Assembly (NCBI GenBank): GCA_964624625.1
Contig: CAZUXW010000005.1
Location: 4,681 to 68,680 of the forward strand
Direction: 5' to 3'
From: an uncultured bacterium
GTDB taxonomy: Bacteria; Oederibacteriota; Muellerivitia; Muellerivitales; Muellerivitaceae
DNA length: 64,000 nt
Below the pieces are notes generated by a model, which was not told where the DNA came from, ran no database searches, and saw only the letters and a program-made list of their open reading frames with translations. The translations under genes and the position numbers were made by a program. Shown piece by piece: positions 8,705-18,515 of the stretch (the stretch's first letter is position 1; each line of letters opens with the position of its first letter).

Positions 8705-10651
8705 TTGAAAAGGTTCTCCTTCCCGCTATTTGTGCCGATTTTCTATTTTCTGTTTTCCATTCCCGCCATTGCCGGCCCCAACCTGGTTGTTCTCGGTTAT
8801 TCGGCAGTCTGGTTCGACGGCCTTTATCCGCCGGAAAGCTACAATTACGGCGCCCTCACCCACATCGCCAGGGCCTTTCTCACGCCGAAAGCCGACGGTT
8901 CCATAAAGGCGCCGGCGGGATTTTGGGACCCCGATTTGCAAAGGCTTGCCCAGGCCCATGGCGTGAAGTTATTGGCTTCCCTCGGGGGAGCGGCTCCCGA
9001 CGCGAGCCAATGGCTGGCACTGGCCCGCGACCCGAAAGCCTTAAAAGTTTTTTTTGATTCCTTGGAAAAATCCATTGGGGACCACCGTTATGACGGCGTG
9101 GATGTGGATTGGGAGCCTTCCGCCCTGACGGACCAGGATCAGGAAACCTATACCGCCTTTATGAAGGAGCTTCGGGCGCGGTTCCCTAAATGGATCATCA
9201 CCACGGCCTTGGGCGCCAGTGATTATTACGGCAAACATATCGCCTGGGCTGATGTCGCTCGCCAGGTGGATTTTATCAACCTCATGACCTATGACTTCGC
9301 GGGAGATTGGACCGGGCATTCGGGGTATAACGCGAATCTTTACGACTCGAAAAATTCAAAAGTGGCCACCGGATTGAGCGTTGATGAGGCGGTCAAGCGG
9401 TTGGAAGGAAAATACTCGGTGCCCGCCGATAAGATCGTCCTTGGATTGCCCTTTTACGGCCAGCACTTTTTTACCGCCCATATGGGGGATAATTTCACGG
9501 ATGCCGCCAGCAAAGTTGTCTCGGAGATCCAGTTTTATGAGATCGCCCCCCTGGAATTGGACGGGGACTGGAAATTCCGATGGGACGACGACGCGAAGGC
9601 CGATTATCTGGAAAGGGCGGTTGGAAACGGCGTCATTAGTTACGACGACAAGGGGTCTATTCGAATCAAATGCGACTACGCCAAAAACGAGGGGTTGAGG
9701 GGGGTCATGATTTGGAATTTGGGAGCGGACCTGGTTGGGTTGAAAACCCCGCTTTTGGATTCGGTTTGCGGGGCTTTTGGCGCGCGGTCCGTGACCCTGC
9801 CGGCTTCGGGGTTGGCTAGGGCCGCCGCGACTTTCGCGGGCATGGTCCAAGACGCCTTCGGGAAACTTGGGGGCCTCCATGAAAATCTGCTGAAGGCCGG
9901 AAAAATCGAGGAAGCCGGGAGGGCCGTGACTTGGAAGGGCCCGGAGCTCAGCGCGCAAGGCTCGAATCGGGCCGGGGTTTTAGGGAAAGAGATTTGGGAT
10001 TTGCAAAGAACCTTGAGCAAGCTCAATCGAAAACTGGAAGAGGGACAGGCGGTTCTCGATTCCATCCCCGTGACGGTGGTTCAGGGACGAAAAGTGGAAG
10101 CCGATGGCGCCCGGTTATTGGTGGATGATTTTGAGGGAGGGACCCCGGTCAACGCCTTGGGCGGGGCATGGACGGCCGATTTCGACCAGAATAAATTGGG
10201 GACGACGTTAAGTCCCAGCCCCTTCGCTCCCGCGGCCGGGGGGGCGAGGGGATCGGAAAAGTTCGCCGCCCATATCTTCGGCCATTTCGGCAAGAGCATG
10301 GCGCCCTGGCCCTACGCGGAGCTGACGGGGACCCTCAACCAGGCGGGAGCCGCGGCGGATATAAGCGGATTTAAAACCCTGAAATTTTGGGCAAAGGGGG
10401 ATGGCAAGGAATATTCGGCCCTGCTGGGCCGCGCGGCGGTGCGGGATTACTGCAATTTCCGGAGCGATTTCATGGCCCCCATCCCATGGACGGAGGTCGT
10501 TTTGAACCTCCAAGACTTCAAGCAGCCGACCTGGGGAAGGCAGATTCCCCTCAACCTCAGTGATGTTCTTTATATCGAGTTCACCCCATCCGCGTCGTTC
10601 AGTGATGAAGATTTCAACCTTTGGGTGGATGATGTTGTGTTGGGGAAATAG
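8705..10651 (+). CDS. Secreted GH18 chitinase-like glycoside hydrolase with C-terminal CIA30-like/CBM-like domain
   Basis: GH18 catalytic motif YDGVDVDWE. N-terminal signal peptide. C-terminal RDYCNFRSDFMAPIPWTEVVLNLQDFKQPTWG...LWVDDVVLGK is paralogous to 4764..5513. TTG start. Confidence 0.75.
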   Translation: MKRFSFPLFVPIFYFLFSIPAIAGPNLVVLGYSAVWFDGLYPPESYNYGALTHIARAFLTPKADGSIKAPAGFWDPDLQRLAQAHGVKLLASLGGAAPDASQWLALARDPKALKVFFDSLEKSIGDHRYDGVDVDWEPSALTDQDQETYTAFMKELRARFPKWIITTALGASDYYGKHIAWADVARQVDFINLMTYDFAGDWTGHSGYNANLYDSKNSKVATGLSVDEAVKRLEGKYSVPADKIVLGLPFYGQHFFTAHMGDNFTDAASKVVSEIQFYEIAPLELDGDWKFRWDDDAKADYLERAVGNGVISYDDKGSIRIKCDYAKNEGLRGVMIWNLGADLVGLKTPLLDSVCGAFGARSVTLPASGLARAAATFAGMVQDAFGKLGGLHENLLKAGKIEEAGRAVTWKGPELSAQGSNRAGVLGKEIWDLQRTLSKLNRKLEEGQAVLDSIPVTVVQGRKVEADGARLLVDDFEGGTPVNALGGAWTADFDQNKLGTTLSPSPFAPAAGGARGSEKFAAHIFGHFGKSMAPWPYAELTGTLNQAGAAADISGFKTLKFWAKGDGKEYSALLGRAAVRDYCNFRSDFMAPIPWTEVVLNLQDFKQPTWGRQIPLNLSDVLYIEFTPSASFSDEDFNLWVDDVVLGK

Positions 10652-11018
10652 GGGAAGTGGCATCCCGCCCGGATGGGATAAATTCAGGCCGGCAAGGCTG
10701 ACGCCCGTTACTCCTCGCCTAGAAACTCCAAGTTGCACGACGTGGATTCCCGTTTGGCGAATCACATGAAGAGAGTTCATGCCGACCTTAAGGCGGGTCG
10801 TATCACCGTGCCCAACCCGATGCCGAAAGGGTCAAGCAACTGAATGGAAATTAAACCTTTCTAACTTTGGCAAACTTTTCGATGGTCTCCGTAGGTTTCA
10901 GGTTCAACTGAAACTCGTGTAAAAGTTTAGAAAAGTTACCGACAAATCCCAACCCTATTTCAAATTGTGTTAAATTTAACGAGCAATACTCACATCTTCG
11001 AAATAGATCGGTTTTGAA

Positions 11019-14000
11019 GTGACCTTCAAAGTACCTTCTGGAACTCAATTTTCTCCCGGCTCATATCAATTTTCGCTTCTGCTTTCCCTTCTTTTCTTCT
11101 TTATTACATGCCTGCCATTGTCCGCCGCCACCGCCATCCCGGCCCAAGCCTGGAGCAGGGACATCAATGCCGGGGGCTATCAGGACGGGGCTCCGGTGGG
11201 GGGCTTTGGAGCGGGATCCTACACCTGGAATTTTGCCGGGGACTTCTATCTCAGCCGCCTCAATATCGCCGCGGCCCCGACGACCTGGACCAACAACAAT
11301 CCCTATACCCTCGACAACAACTGCCACTTTTATATGTACCAAAAGCCCTCGGGCCAGGCCGCTGTCACCACGAAGCTTAACGCCGCGTCTTTAGGATCCG
11401 GCCAAGCCAACTATTACTCCCTTTTTCCCAAGGCTTGGGTGGATTACTACGGTTCGAAGTTTCCCTGCAAGGCAAGGGTAACCCAATTCACCCCCCTGAT
11501 CCCCGGCGATTACACCAGAAGCAGTTTCCCGGAAGGCATTTACGAATGGGAATTCACGAATAACACCTGCCTCTCCACGGAGGTGGGCATCATGCTGACC
11601 TGGGACAACACCTTTGGGGGGGCCAGCGCGGCGGCCAGCGTCTCGTGGAGCCACACGGGTTTGGTCCTGACCAGGACCGGTGGAAACGCGACTTCCAAAT
11701 CCCAGGGTGAATTCACCCTTGCCGGCAGTTCCGGCGCCGGCGTGACCGTCACCTACCAATCGGCGGCCAGCGTGGCCGCGCTGGAAACTTCTTTCGGGGC
11801 CGCGGGGCTACTGGGCAATAGCGTCGGGAGCAATTCCATCGGCGGAATCGCCTTCAAGGTGACCCTGGCGCCTGGCCAAACCGTGAAAGTTCCCATCGTC
11901 CTGGCTTGGGACATTCCCCTTTGCCAGCCCGGCACCGGCGCCCAATGGTACCGGGAATACACGCGCACCTACGGAAGGACCGGACTCAATTCCTTCGGCA
12001 TCGCCAACGACGCCTTGGCCAATTACCCGAACTGGGAAAGTTCCATCGACAATTGGCAGGGCGCCATCCTAGGCGGGCCCTATCCCGATTGGTTCAAGCA
12101 GATGCTATTTAACGAACTTTATTATTACGCCATCGGGGGCACGATATGGGAGGCGGGGCAATACGGCTCCACCGCCTATGACGCGGGCCCTGACATGTTT
12201 TCCAGTTTGGAATGCTATGTCTACAGTTTTTACGGAACCTCGGACGTGCGCTTTTACAGTTCCTGGGCCCTGGCCGATAACTGGCCCAATATCGACAAGC
12301 AGGAAGTGGAGCAATTCAGCGACAGCGTGGTTGTGAGTCCCTCCCAGGCTTTGCCCAGGCCTGCCGCCATCGGCACCTGCGCCCACGATTTTGGCGGGCT
12401 TAATGACGTCTTCACCCGCTGGAACTCCTACACCTACCGCGATTCCACCACCTGGAAAGACCTCAACTCCAAACTGGTGCTGATGGTTTACCGGGATTGG
12501 GAGATGACGGGGAAGAGCGACGCGGCCTTCCTGAACTATTGCTGGCCCTCGGTGCAGGCCGCCATGACCAAAGTGCACGGCCAATGCGTTTCGGGAGGCG
12601 TTACTTACAACCTTCCCATCTCCAGCGGCATCGATCAGACCTACGACGACCTGGGCCTCACCGGCGAAACGGCCTATTGCGGAAGCCTGTACCTGGCGGC
12701 CTGCGAGGCGGCCAAGGCCATGGCCACCCAGCAGGGCAACGCGGCCTTGGCAACCACCTACAATTCCTGGCTGACCTTGGGACAAGCGGACTTCGAGGGA
12801 AATCTTTGGAACGCCGGGGGGAATTACTACAACATCGACACTGGAAGCGGCGCGGGGGGCGTGACCGGTGTGGCCCGCATCATGAGCGACCAGCTTTGCG
12901 GGCAATGGTACGCCAAGGCCTGCGGGTTGGCCGATGTGGTGCCAACCGCCCACGCGGTGAGCGCCTGGCAGGCGGTGCACGATAACAACTGGGCCAAGTT
13001 CGACGCCGGGGCCCATGGAGTGGTGAATGTCATGACCTCGGCGGGAGCCATTGATACTGGCACCCCCCAAAGCCAGGAAAACTGGGTGGGAACCAGCTGG
13101 GGAGCGGTGGCCGGCATGATCCAACAGGGGATGTTCACCCAGGCTGTTTCCATCGGGAACAGCCTCTACAACACCATTTGGAACACGGGACAGATGTGGT
13201 TCCGGACCCCGGAGGCCTGGCGGACGGGGCTGGGGGGAGTCCGCGCGGCGTACTATATGAGGGCAAACTGTATTTGGGCGGCGAAACACGCCTATGAGGT
13301 AAATTCACCCTGCGGAGGGGCCTCCTGCACGCCCATTCCATCCCTCACCCCTACCTCCACGCCGACCTTGAATTGCCCCACGACGAATACGGCCACGCCA
13401 ACCCCAACCTACACCATTCCCTCCACCGCGACCTGGACCCCCACCCCAACCGCGACCAGGACGGCAACGTCCACACCCTCCCCTAGCGCAACCAGGTCGC
13501 CTTCCCTTACCCCTTCTCCCACGGCAACCAACAGCTTGACCAGGACCGCGACCTCCACCCCCACTAAAAGCCCGACGGCCACCGCGACGGTTTCCCCTTC
13601 GATGACCGCGACGGCTTCGTCTTCGCCAACCAAATCACCTACTTCCACTCAAACTCGAACCGCCACCTCGAGTTCTACCCCAACGGCCACGATCACTTCC
13701 ACGCCATCCAACACCCCGCTTATTACCAATACGGCCAGCCGGACCCCCACCGTTACCCCGACCGATTCAACGACGCCGACTTCTTCGGCTACGCCTGCCG
13801 CTACGGCTTCACCGACCCAGACCGCCACGAGGACCGCAACTTCAACGGCATCGATAACGGCTACGCCATCCCTGACCGCTTCGGCTTCGTCTACGTCGAC
13901 CAGGACCGCAACCTCAACGGCCTCCGCGACCCCTTCCCGGACCCCCAGCCCAAGTCCCACCGCGACCGCCACCCTATCGGCGACTAACTCACCCAGCCCA

Positions 14001-14651
14001 ACGGCAACCAATTCAACGACCCCGACTTCCTCGGCGACGCCCACCGCTACAGCCTCCGCTTCACCCACAAGAACCGCGGCGGCCACCCTTTCACCCTCTT
14101 CGACGAATACCTTCACAGCTTCCGCGACCCCCAGTCCCACGTCCACCGCGACGCCCTCGTTTACGCCGACTCCGTCAGCTACACTCACCACTACGGCTTC
14201 GCCATCTCCCACGAAGACCCCGACCTCAACCGCTTCGAAAACCCCGACAGCAACTCCCACTGTGACGCCTTCCCTTACTCCGACGAGGACCCCGACCCTG
14301 ACCGCTACTACATCCGCGACCAACACGCCCACCCAAACCTTTACCTCCACCGCCGCAACGACGGAAGTGGCCATCTCCTATCCCTATCCCAACCCATCCG
14401 ATGGGCTGATTCCGGTAACGGTGGAAATGAGGACTCCCGGCCAGGCCCAAATCCATTGGGCCGTCTTTACCACGGCCTTCCGGAAAATTCGGGAAGGGGA
14501 TAACACAATCAACGGCCTGGGAATGGTCACCTGGGACCTGAAGGACAAAAAGGGAACACCGGTCGCGGCGGGCTTGTATTACCTGAGGGTCGAGGTCAAA
14601 GGCGATTTTGGGACCACCGGGAAGATCCTGAAGGTTTTAGTGAGGCCTTAA
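11019..14651 (+). CDS. Secreted GH116-like (GBA2 / non-lysosomal glucosylceramidase-type, DUF608 (alpha/alpha)6 barrel) glycoside hydrolase with ~350-aa Pro/Thr/Ser linker and C-terminal FlgD-Ig / T9SS-type-A-like sorting domain
   Basis: Signal peptide. Motifs [42 protein letters not shown] and [15 protein letters not shown] recall GH116/GBA2 (recollection only). PT linker ~aa 768-1118. C-terminal YPYPNPSDG...[13 protein letters not shown]...YYLRVEV...KILKVLVRP. Start codon uncertain (GTG at 11019). Confidence 0.7.
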   Translation: MTFKVPSGTQFSPGSYQFSLLLSLLFFFITCLPLSAATAIPAQAWSRDINAGGYQDGAPVGGFGAGSYTWNFAGDFYLSRLNIAAAPTTWTNNNPYTLDNNCHFYMYQKPSGQAAVTTKLNAASLGSGQANYYSLFPKAWVDYYGSKFPCKARVTQFTPLIPGDYTRSSFPEGIYEWEFTNNTCLSTEVGIMLTWDNTFGGASAAASVSWSHTGLVLTRTGGNATSKSQGEFTLAGSSGAGVTVTYQSAASVAALETSFGAAGLLGNSVGSNSIGGIAFKVTLAPGQTVKVPIVLAWDIPLCQPGTGAQWYREYTRTYGRTGLNSFGIANDALANYPNWESSIDNWQGAILGGPYPDWFKQMLFNELYYYAIGGTIWEAGQYGSTAYDAGPDMFSSLECYVYSFYGTSDVRFYSSWALADNWPNIDKQEVEQFSDSVVVSPSQALPRPAAIGTCAHDFGGLNDVFTRWNSYTYRDSTTWKDLNSKLVLMVYRDWEMTGKSDAAFLNYCWPSVQAAMTKVHGQCVSGGVTYNLPISSGIDQTYDDLGLTGETAYCGSLYLAACEAAKAMATQQGNAALATTYNSWLTLGQADFEGNLWNAGGNYYNIDTGSGAGGVTGVARIMSDQLCGQWYAKACGLADVVPTAHAVSAWQAVHDNNWAKFDAGAHGVVNVMTSAGAIDTGTPQSQENWVGTSWGAVAGMIQQGMFTQAVSIGNSLYNTIWNTGQMWFRTPEAWRTGLGGVRAAYYMRANCIWAAKHAYEVNSPCGGASCTPIPSLTPTSTPTLNCPTTNTATPTPTYTIPSTATWTPTPTATRTATSTPSPSATRSPSLTPSPTATNSLTRTATSTPTKSPTATATVSPSMTATASSSPTKSPTSTQTRTATSSSTPTATITSTPSNTPLITNTASRTPTVTPTDSTTPTSSATPAATASPTQTATRTATSTASITATPSLTASASSTSTRTATSTASATPSRTPSPSPTATATLSATNSPSPTATNSTTPTSSATPTATASASPTRTAAATLSPSSTNTFTASATPSPTSTATPSFTPTPSATLTTTASPSPTKTPTSTASKTPTATPTVTPSLTPTRTPTLTATTSATNTPTQTFTSTAATTEVAISYPYPNPSDGLIPVTVEMRTPGQAQIHWAVFTTAFRKIREGDNTINGLGMVTWDLKDKKGTPVAAGLYYLRVEVKGDFGTTGKILKVLVRP
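13320..14370 (+). repeat. Low-complexity Pro/Thr/Ser/Ala-rich linker-coding region inside the GH116-like gene
   Basis: Translation is almost only T/P/S/A. Antisense spurious V/G/A-rich ORFs (13409..13648 -, 13649..14374 -). Confidence 0.7.
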
Positions 14652-14837
14652 ACCAAAATCTTGTTTCGCCGCCAAGACACCAAGGCACAAAGAAAAAATA
14701 AGAGGGTTCGTTTTGATTTGGATCCTTTTCGAAGGGAGTGTAAAAGGCCCTCCTTGGTGTCTTTGTGTCTTGGTGGTAACCCGCCTTTGTTTATTTCTTC
14801 GCAGATAAAATCCCTTTCTTTTCGATATAATGCCCCC

Positions 14838-15851
14838 ATGAAAAAGAACACCCCCCTACGCATCGGCATCATCGGCCTGGGCCAAATCGCCGAAAAAGCC
14901 CACCTGCCTGGCTACAGCAAGGCCGAAGGCTGCCAAGTGACGGCCCTCTACTCCTCCCGGGAAGCCCACGCCAAACAAATCGCCACCCATTACGGCGTTC
15001 CCCATATTTACAAGGACTGGAACCGCCTGCTGGAGTCCGACCATGTGGACGCGGTTTCCATCTGTACCCCCAATTACACCCATCTTCCCATCGCCTTGAA
15101 GGCTTTCCAGGAAGGGAAGCACGTGATGCTGGAAAAGCCCATGGCTTTGAACCAGATCGAGGGAATGAAGATTATCCAGGCGGCCAAGAAAAGCAAAAGA
15201 ACCTTGATGGTGCACCACAACATGAGGTTTGACCCCGCAGTTCGGACGGCGGAAAAACTGCTCCGGAAAAATTCGATTGGCGAGGTGTTCGCTTTCAAAT
15301 GCTCCTTGACCCACCGGGGCCCCCAAGCTTGGAGTCCGAAAGCCGATTGGTTCTTCAACAAGAAGGAAGCGGGTGGCGGCGCTTTGATGGATCTAGGCCC
15401 CCATGTCTTTGACAGTTTGAGGTTCCTGTTAGGCGACGACGCCTTGATGGCGGGGGCTGTGGCGGCGCAAGCGCCTGGCGCCTCCTCCAAACAGGGGGAA
15501 ATCCACTGTAACTGTCTGCTCCGTTTCAAACGGGGAGCCGTAGGATCGATCACCGTGGGCTGGGCCGATACGGTTTACCAGAACCGGTTTTATTTTTACG
15601 GCACCAAGGGTTCCCTTTCCTTAAACCTGGCCAAAGGCGACCCCATCACCGTGGAATATCGGAACCAGCCGGGAAAGACCTTCCCGCCCCTGGCGAAGGA
15701 CAGCTTTTATCCGACCATATACGAGCATTTTGTCCATTGCGTCAGGCACCAAAAAACCCCATGGGTTTCCGGTGAGGAGGGTTTGAAAACACTGGAGCTG
15801 ATTGACGCGGGCTACCGACTGATTCAGCATGCCGATTCCGCGGCTATTTGA
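14838..15851 (+). CDS. Gfo/Idh/MocA family NAD(P)-dependent oxidoreductase
   Basis: N-terminal Rossmann motif RIGIIGLGQIAEKAHLPGY and the EKP motif (HVMLEKPMA). The 14661..14837 extension of the ORF is an inverted-repeat-rich leader, not coding. Confidence 0.75.
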   Translation: MKKNTPLRIGIIGLGQIAEKAHLPGYSKAEGCQVTALYSSREAHAKQIATHYGVPHIYKDWNRLLESDHVDAVSICTPNYTHLPIALKAFQEGKHVMLEKPMALNQIEGMKIIQAAKKSKRTLMVHHNMRFDPAVRTAEKLLRKNSIGEVFAFKCSLTHRGPQAWSPKADWFFNKKEAGGGALMDLGPHVFDSLRFLLGDDALMAGAVAAQAPGASSKQGEIHCNCLLRFKRGAVGSITVGWADTVYQNRFYFYGTKGSLSLNLAKGDPITVEYRNQPGKTFPPLAKDSFYPTIYEHFVHCVRHQKTPWVSGEEGLKTLELIDAGYRLIQHADSAAI

Positions 15852-17244
15852 AAACAAGGGAGAAAAGTTAACCTCCCCTTTTGATAAGGGGAGGTTATGT
15901 TTCAGCCGAAAAATCTCACTGTTGCTGGCAGTGGAATTGATCGCTTGGATGGCCGCGGGTAGTGGCGCCGCCGCGCCGGACTGCCCCCATTGTCCAACTG
16001 GACAGGCCATGAGCCAGGCGGCCCAGGAACAGGTTTTCCGCTTGGCGGATGACATTTTCCAGGAAGTTTCCAGCTTGAGGGGGCTTCCGATCAAGGATCC
16101 CGTTCTTAAGAAATTCGCCGGCAGGGATTTCTTCAGGGAATATTATTTCCGGAAGCTTCAAGAGCGATATCCCTCCGATAAAAAAAGATCCGTTGAGAAG
16201 GCCTATGTTTTACTGGGGTTCCTTCCGGAAAATACCGACATCATTCAAACCTACCTGGATTCTTTTCTCGCGGAGGCCCAGGGCTTCTATGACCCCCGGT
16301 CCAAAACCCTCTTTATCGCCGATTGGATCGACCAGGATCGGTTGGAGGGAATCCTGGCCCATGAGTTGGACCACGCCCTTCAGGACCAATATTTTGACTT
16401 GGAGGCCTTCCTCCAAGAGGGCGGGAGCCTTTCTTTGGACGCCCAATTCGCCCGAACCAGCGTCATGGAGGGGGAGGCGACGGCGATCGCCTTAAATTAC
16501 TCGCTGGAGGACAAGGCGGAAGATTTTACCCAATTGGTGAACATAGCCGATTGGATGAGGTTGAATCATTTCCTGGAAGAGTCGGGCCAAAGGGCCATGG
16601 GCCGCAGGGTCGTCCTCAACGATGCGATCAACTTTCCCTATGTCTACGGCTCGGCCTTCCTTCAAAATTATGTCAAAGCCTATGGTTGGAACGGCATGGA
16701 GTATCTATTCCAACATCCTCCTACCACGACCCGGCAGATCCTGCATCCGGATGTGTTTTTTCCCCGCCGAGAAAAAACCTTCCGCGTGACCATCGAGGAT
16801 CTTTCCCCGGGGGTTCTCGAGGACTACTCCCTGATTTGGCAGGATAGTTTGGGCGAATACGGCCTCCAACTCCTTCTTCGGCAGTATGTCCCGGAGGAGG
16901 AAGCCCTCAAGGCGGTCGAGGGCTGGCGGGGGGACCGCCTCCAGGTCTATGAGGCCAAGGACCGGAGGGCATCCCTTTTGAACGGCTATGTGGTGTTCGA
17001 CAGCAATTTATCCGCCGAGAAATTTTTAATGGGATACCTATCTCTTTTAAGCGGTAAGTATAAGATTGAATCGGTTCGGCGCTCGGATGGGAATATCTAC
17101 TGGGCGTCTTTGGCCGGAGCCGGGATGGATATTTACGCTGAGAGATTTGGCGCAAGGGTTGTTTTTATTGAAGGTTCGCCACCGTCCTTGACCTCCAAAA
17201 TCCGATCCGCTCTTTGGAACGTGGTGTCCGAGAAGAACAAGTAA
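15829..17244 (+). CDS. Hypothetical secreted protein with HExxH zinc-metallopeptidase motif
   Basis: HELDHALQDQYF contains HExxH. Hydrophobic N-terminal segment LLLAVELIAWMAAGSGAAAP. Start uncertain (overlaps the preceding gene by 23 nt if the ATG at 15829 is used). Confidence 0.45.
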   Translation: MPIPRLFENKGEKLTSPFDKGRLCFSRKISLLLAVELIAWMAAGSGAAAPDCPHCPTGQAMSQAAQEQVFRLADDIFQEVSSLRGLPIKDPVLKKFAGRDFFREYYFRKLQERYPSDKKRSVEKAYVLLGFLPENTDIIQTYLDSFLAEAQGFYDPRSKTLFIADWIDQDRLEGILAHELDHALQDQYFDLEAFLQEGGSLSLDAQFARTSVMEGEATAIALNYSLEDKAEDFTQLVNIADWMRLNHFLEESGQRAMGRRVVLNDAINFPYVYGSAFLQNYVKAYGWNGMEYLFQHPPTTTRQILHPDVFFPRREKTFRVTIEDLSPGVLEDYSLIWQDSLGEYGLQLLLRQYVPEEEALKAVEGWRGDRLQVYEAKDRRASLLNGYVVFDSNLSAEKFLMGYLSLLSGKYKIESVRRSDGNIYWASLAGAGMDIYAERFGARVVFIEGSPPSLTSKIRSALWNVVSEKNK

Positions 17245-17354
17245 CGGCGCCCTCCGCCCTCCGCAACCGACACAAAAAATAGTTGCCATCCTCGGACGTC
17301 GAAAAAGGGTTTTCGGGGGCGGAGGGCGCGGGGCGGACAGCGGGTTTAACCTCC

Positions 17355-17383
17355 TTGACACTCGCTGGGGTGGTACCTACACT
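17355..17383 (+). promoter_or_regulatory. Sigma-70-like promoter upstream of trxA (TTGACA-17-TACACT)
   Basis: TTGACA at 17355-17360 and TACACT at 17378-17383, about 70 nt upstream of the trxA ATG. Confidence 0.35.
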
Positions 17384-17453
17384 TATCCAAGACATAAGGA
17401 AAAAATGTAACTTTTGACCTGTTTGAGGGTTACTTACTTAACGGAGGAAGACG

Positions 17454-17783
17454 ATGGGAATGGCTCAGGCAACAACCGACGCGGATTTTAAGAAGGATGT
17501 CCTGGATTCCAAGGTCCCGGTGCTGGTGGATTTTTGGGCCGAATGGTGCGGCCCCTGCAAGATGGTGGCTCCGGTCCTGGATGAATTAGCCAAGGAATAT
17601 GACGGAAAAATAAAGATCGCCAAGGTGAATGTGGACGAGAACCAGCAGGTTTCCATGGAATTCCATATCCGCAGTATTCCGACCCTGCTTTTCTTTAAGA
17701 ACGGTCAAATGGTCAAGCAATTGGTGGGTGCCCATCCCAAGTCGAAGCTGGTCACGGAAATCCAGGAAGTTATTGGGGGATAA
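17454..17783 (+). CDS. trxA: Thioredoxin
   Basis: WCGPC active site. 109 aa of canonical length. GGAGGAAGA RBS. Confidence 0.85.
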   Translation: MGMAQATTDADFKKDVLDSKVPVLVDFWAEWCGPCKMVAPVLDELAKEYDGKIKIAKVNVDENQQVSMEFHIRSIPTLLFFKNGQMVKQLVGAHPKSKLVTEIQEVIGG

Positions 17784-17784
17784 T

Positions 17785-18333
17785 TTGGCTGAAAAGAACA
17801 CGGGTGTCTGGGTCTATTTGACGCTGGTGGGAATTGTTGTTTTGGTGGGGGCCGTTTCATTCTGGAAGCAGCGGGCGTCCTTGGAGGGTGTTTCCCAGGC
17901 CCAGGCGGCCCAGCCCGAACCCCAGCAAGCCGCCCAGCATCAGGCTCCTTCTGTCCCTGTTCCCGCGGGAAATCCCCTGGTGAAAAACTTGTTTGACGGA
18001 ACTTTTTCCAAGGAAGTCGTGAAGTCCGGCAAACCGGTCTTGGTGGATTTTTGGGCCACTTGGTGCGGCCCCTGCCGCATGTTCGGCCCCATCGTGGATC
18101 AAGTGGCGGAGGATTATAAGGGGCGGTTGAAAGTTTGCCGCGTGGACGTGGACCAAAATCCGGGACTCTCCCAGACTTTTCAGGTCAGGGCTATTCCCAC
18201 CTCGATTTTGTTCAAGAACGGGAAAGTGGTGAAGATGTGGGTAGGACTCGTGTCGGGGGAAGACCTCAAGGTGGAGATCGATAAGGTCCTCAAAAAAGCG
18301 AAACAGCCCAAATCCAAAGCCGTTAAAACGTAA
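17785..18333 (+). CDS. Membrane-anchored thioredoxin-domain protein (N-terminal TM helix, Q/A/P-rich linker, thioredoxin fold with WCGPC)
   Basis: TM segment VWVYLTLVGIVVLVGAVSFW. WATWCGPCRMFGPIVD. TTG start proposed immediately after the trxA stop; the ORF is open from 17629 but overlaps trxA. Confidence 0.55.
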   Translation: MAEKNTGVWVYLTLVGIVVLVGAVSFWKQRASLEGVSQAQAAQPEPQQAAQHQAPSVPVPAGNPLVKNLFDGTFSKEVVKSGKPVLVDFWATWCGPCRMFGPIVDQVAEDYKGRLKVCRVDVDQNPGLSQTFQVRAIPTSILFKNGKVVKMWVGLVSGEDLKVEIDKVLKKAKQPKSKAVKT

Positions 18334-18443
18334 CCTCTTCCTTTCAAAATTCCGCAGGTTAAGCAGGGTTGGTCCGAGAACTGCCCTCGTTGATTCATCG
18401 GTTTCGGCCCCCAAGCTTCCTTTCCCGAGGGGACAGTCATTGC

Positions 18444-18473
18444 TTGACAGTTTTTCGCCCTTTTCCTTATACT
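18444..18473 (+). promoter_or_regulatory. Sigma-70-like promoter upstream of secD (TTGACA-18-TATACT)
   Basis: TTGACA 18444-18449, TATACT 18468-18473. Confidence 0.4.
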
Positions 18474-18515
18474 GCCTCGGCTTTTACACCCTAACTCCCT
18501 GTTGAAAGGCTTTCA

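Noticed and set aside
10652-11018. Riboswitch or ncRNA (TPP, FMN, cobalamin, c-di-GMP, SRP, tmRNA) in the 367-nt gap
   Set aside because: None of the class-defining conserved boxes could be found by eye. Kept only as an unexplained structured region.
12105-13289. 394-aa minus-strand ORF inside the GH116-like gene (also 13649..14374 -, 13409..13648 -)
   Set aside because: Lies entirely antisense to a well-supported catalytic domain and PT linker. This is the long open antisense frame typical of GC-rich DNA.
14661-14837. N-terminal 59-codon extension of the Gfo/Idh/MocA ORF
   Set aside because: Contains the large inverted repeat and no RBS. A good ATG with a Rossmann motif begins at 14838.
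17249-17335. GC-rich inverted repeat CGCCCTCCGC...GCGGAGGGCG after the HExxH gene as a terminator
   Set aside because: The loop is ~50 nt and no U-tract follows. At most a weak or factor-dependent terminator.
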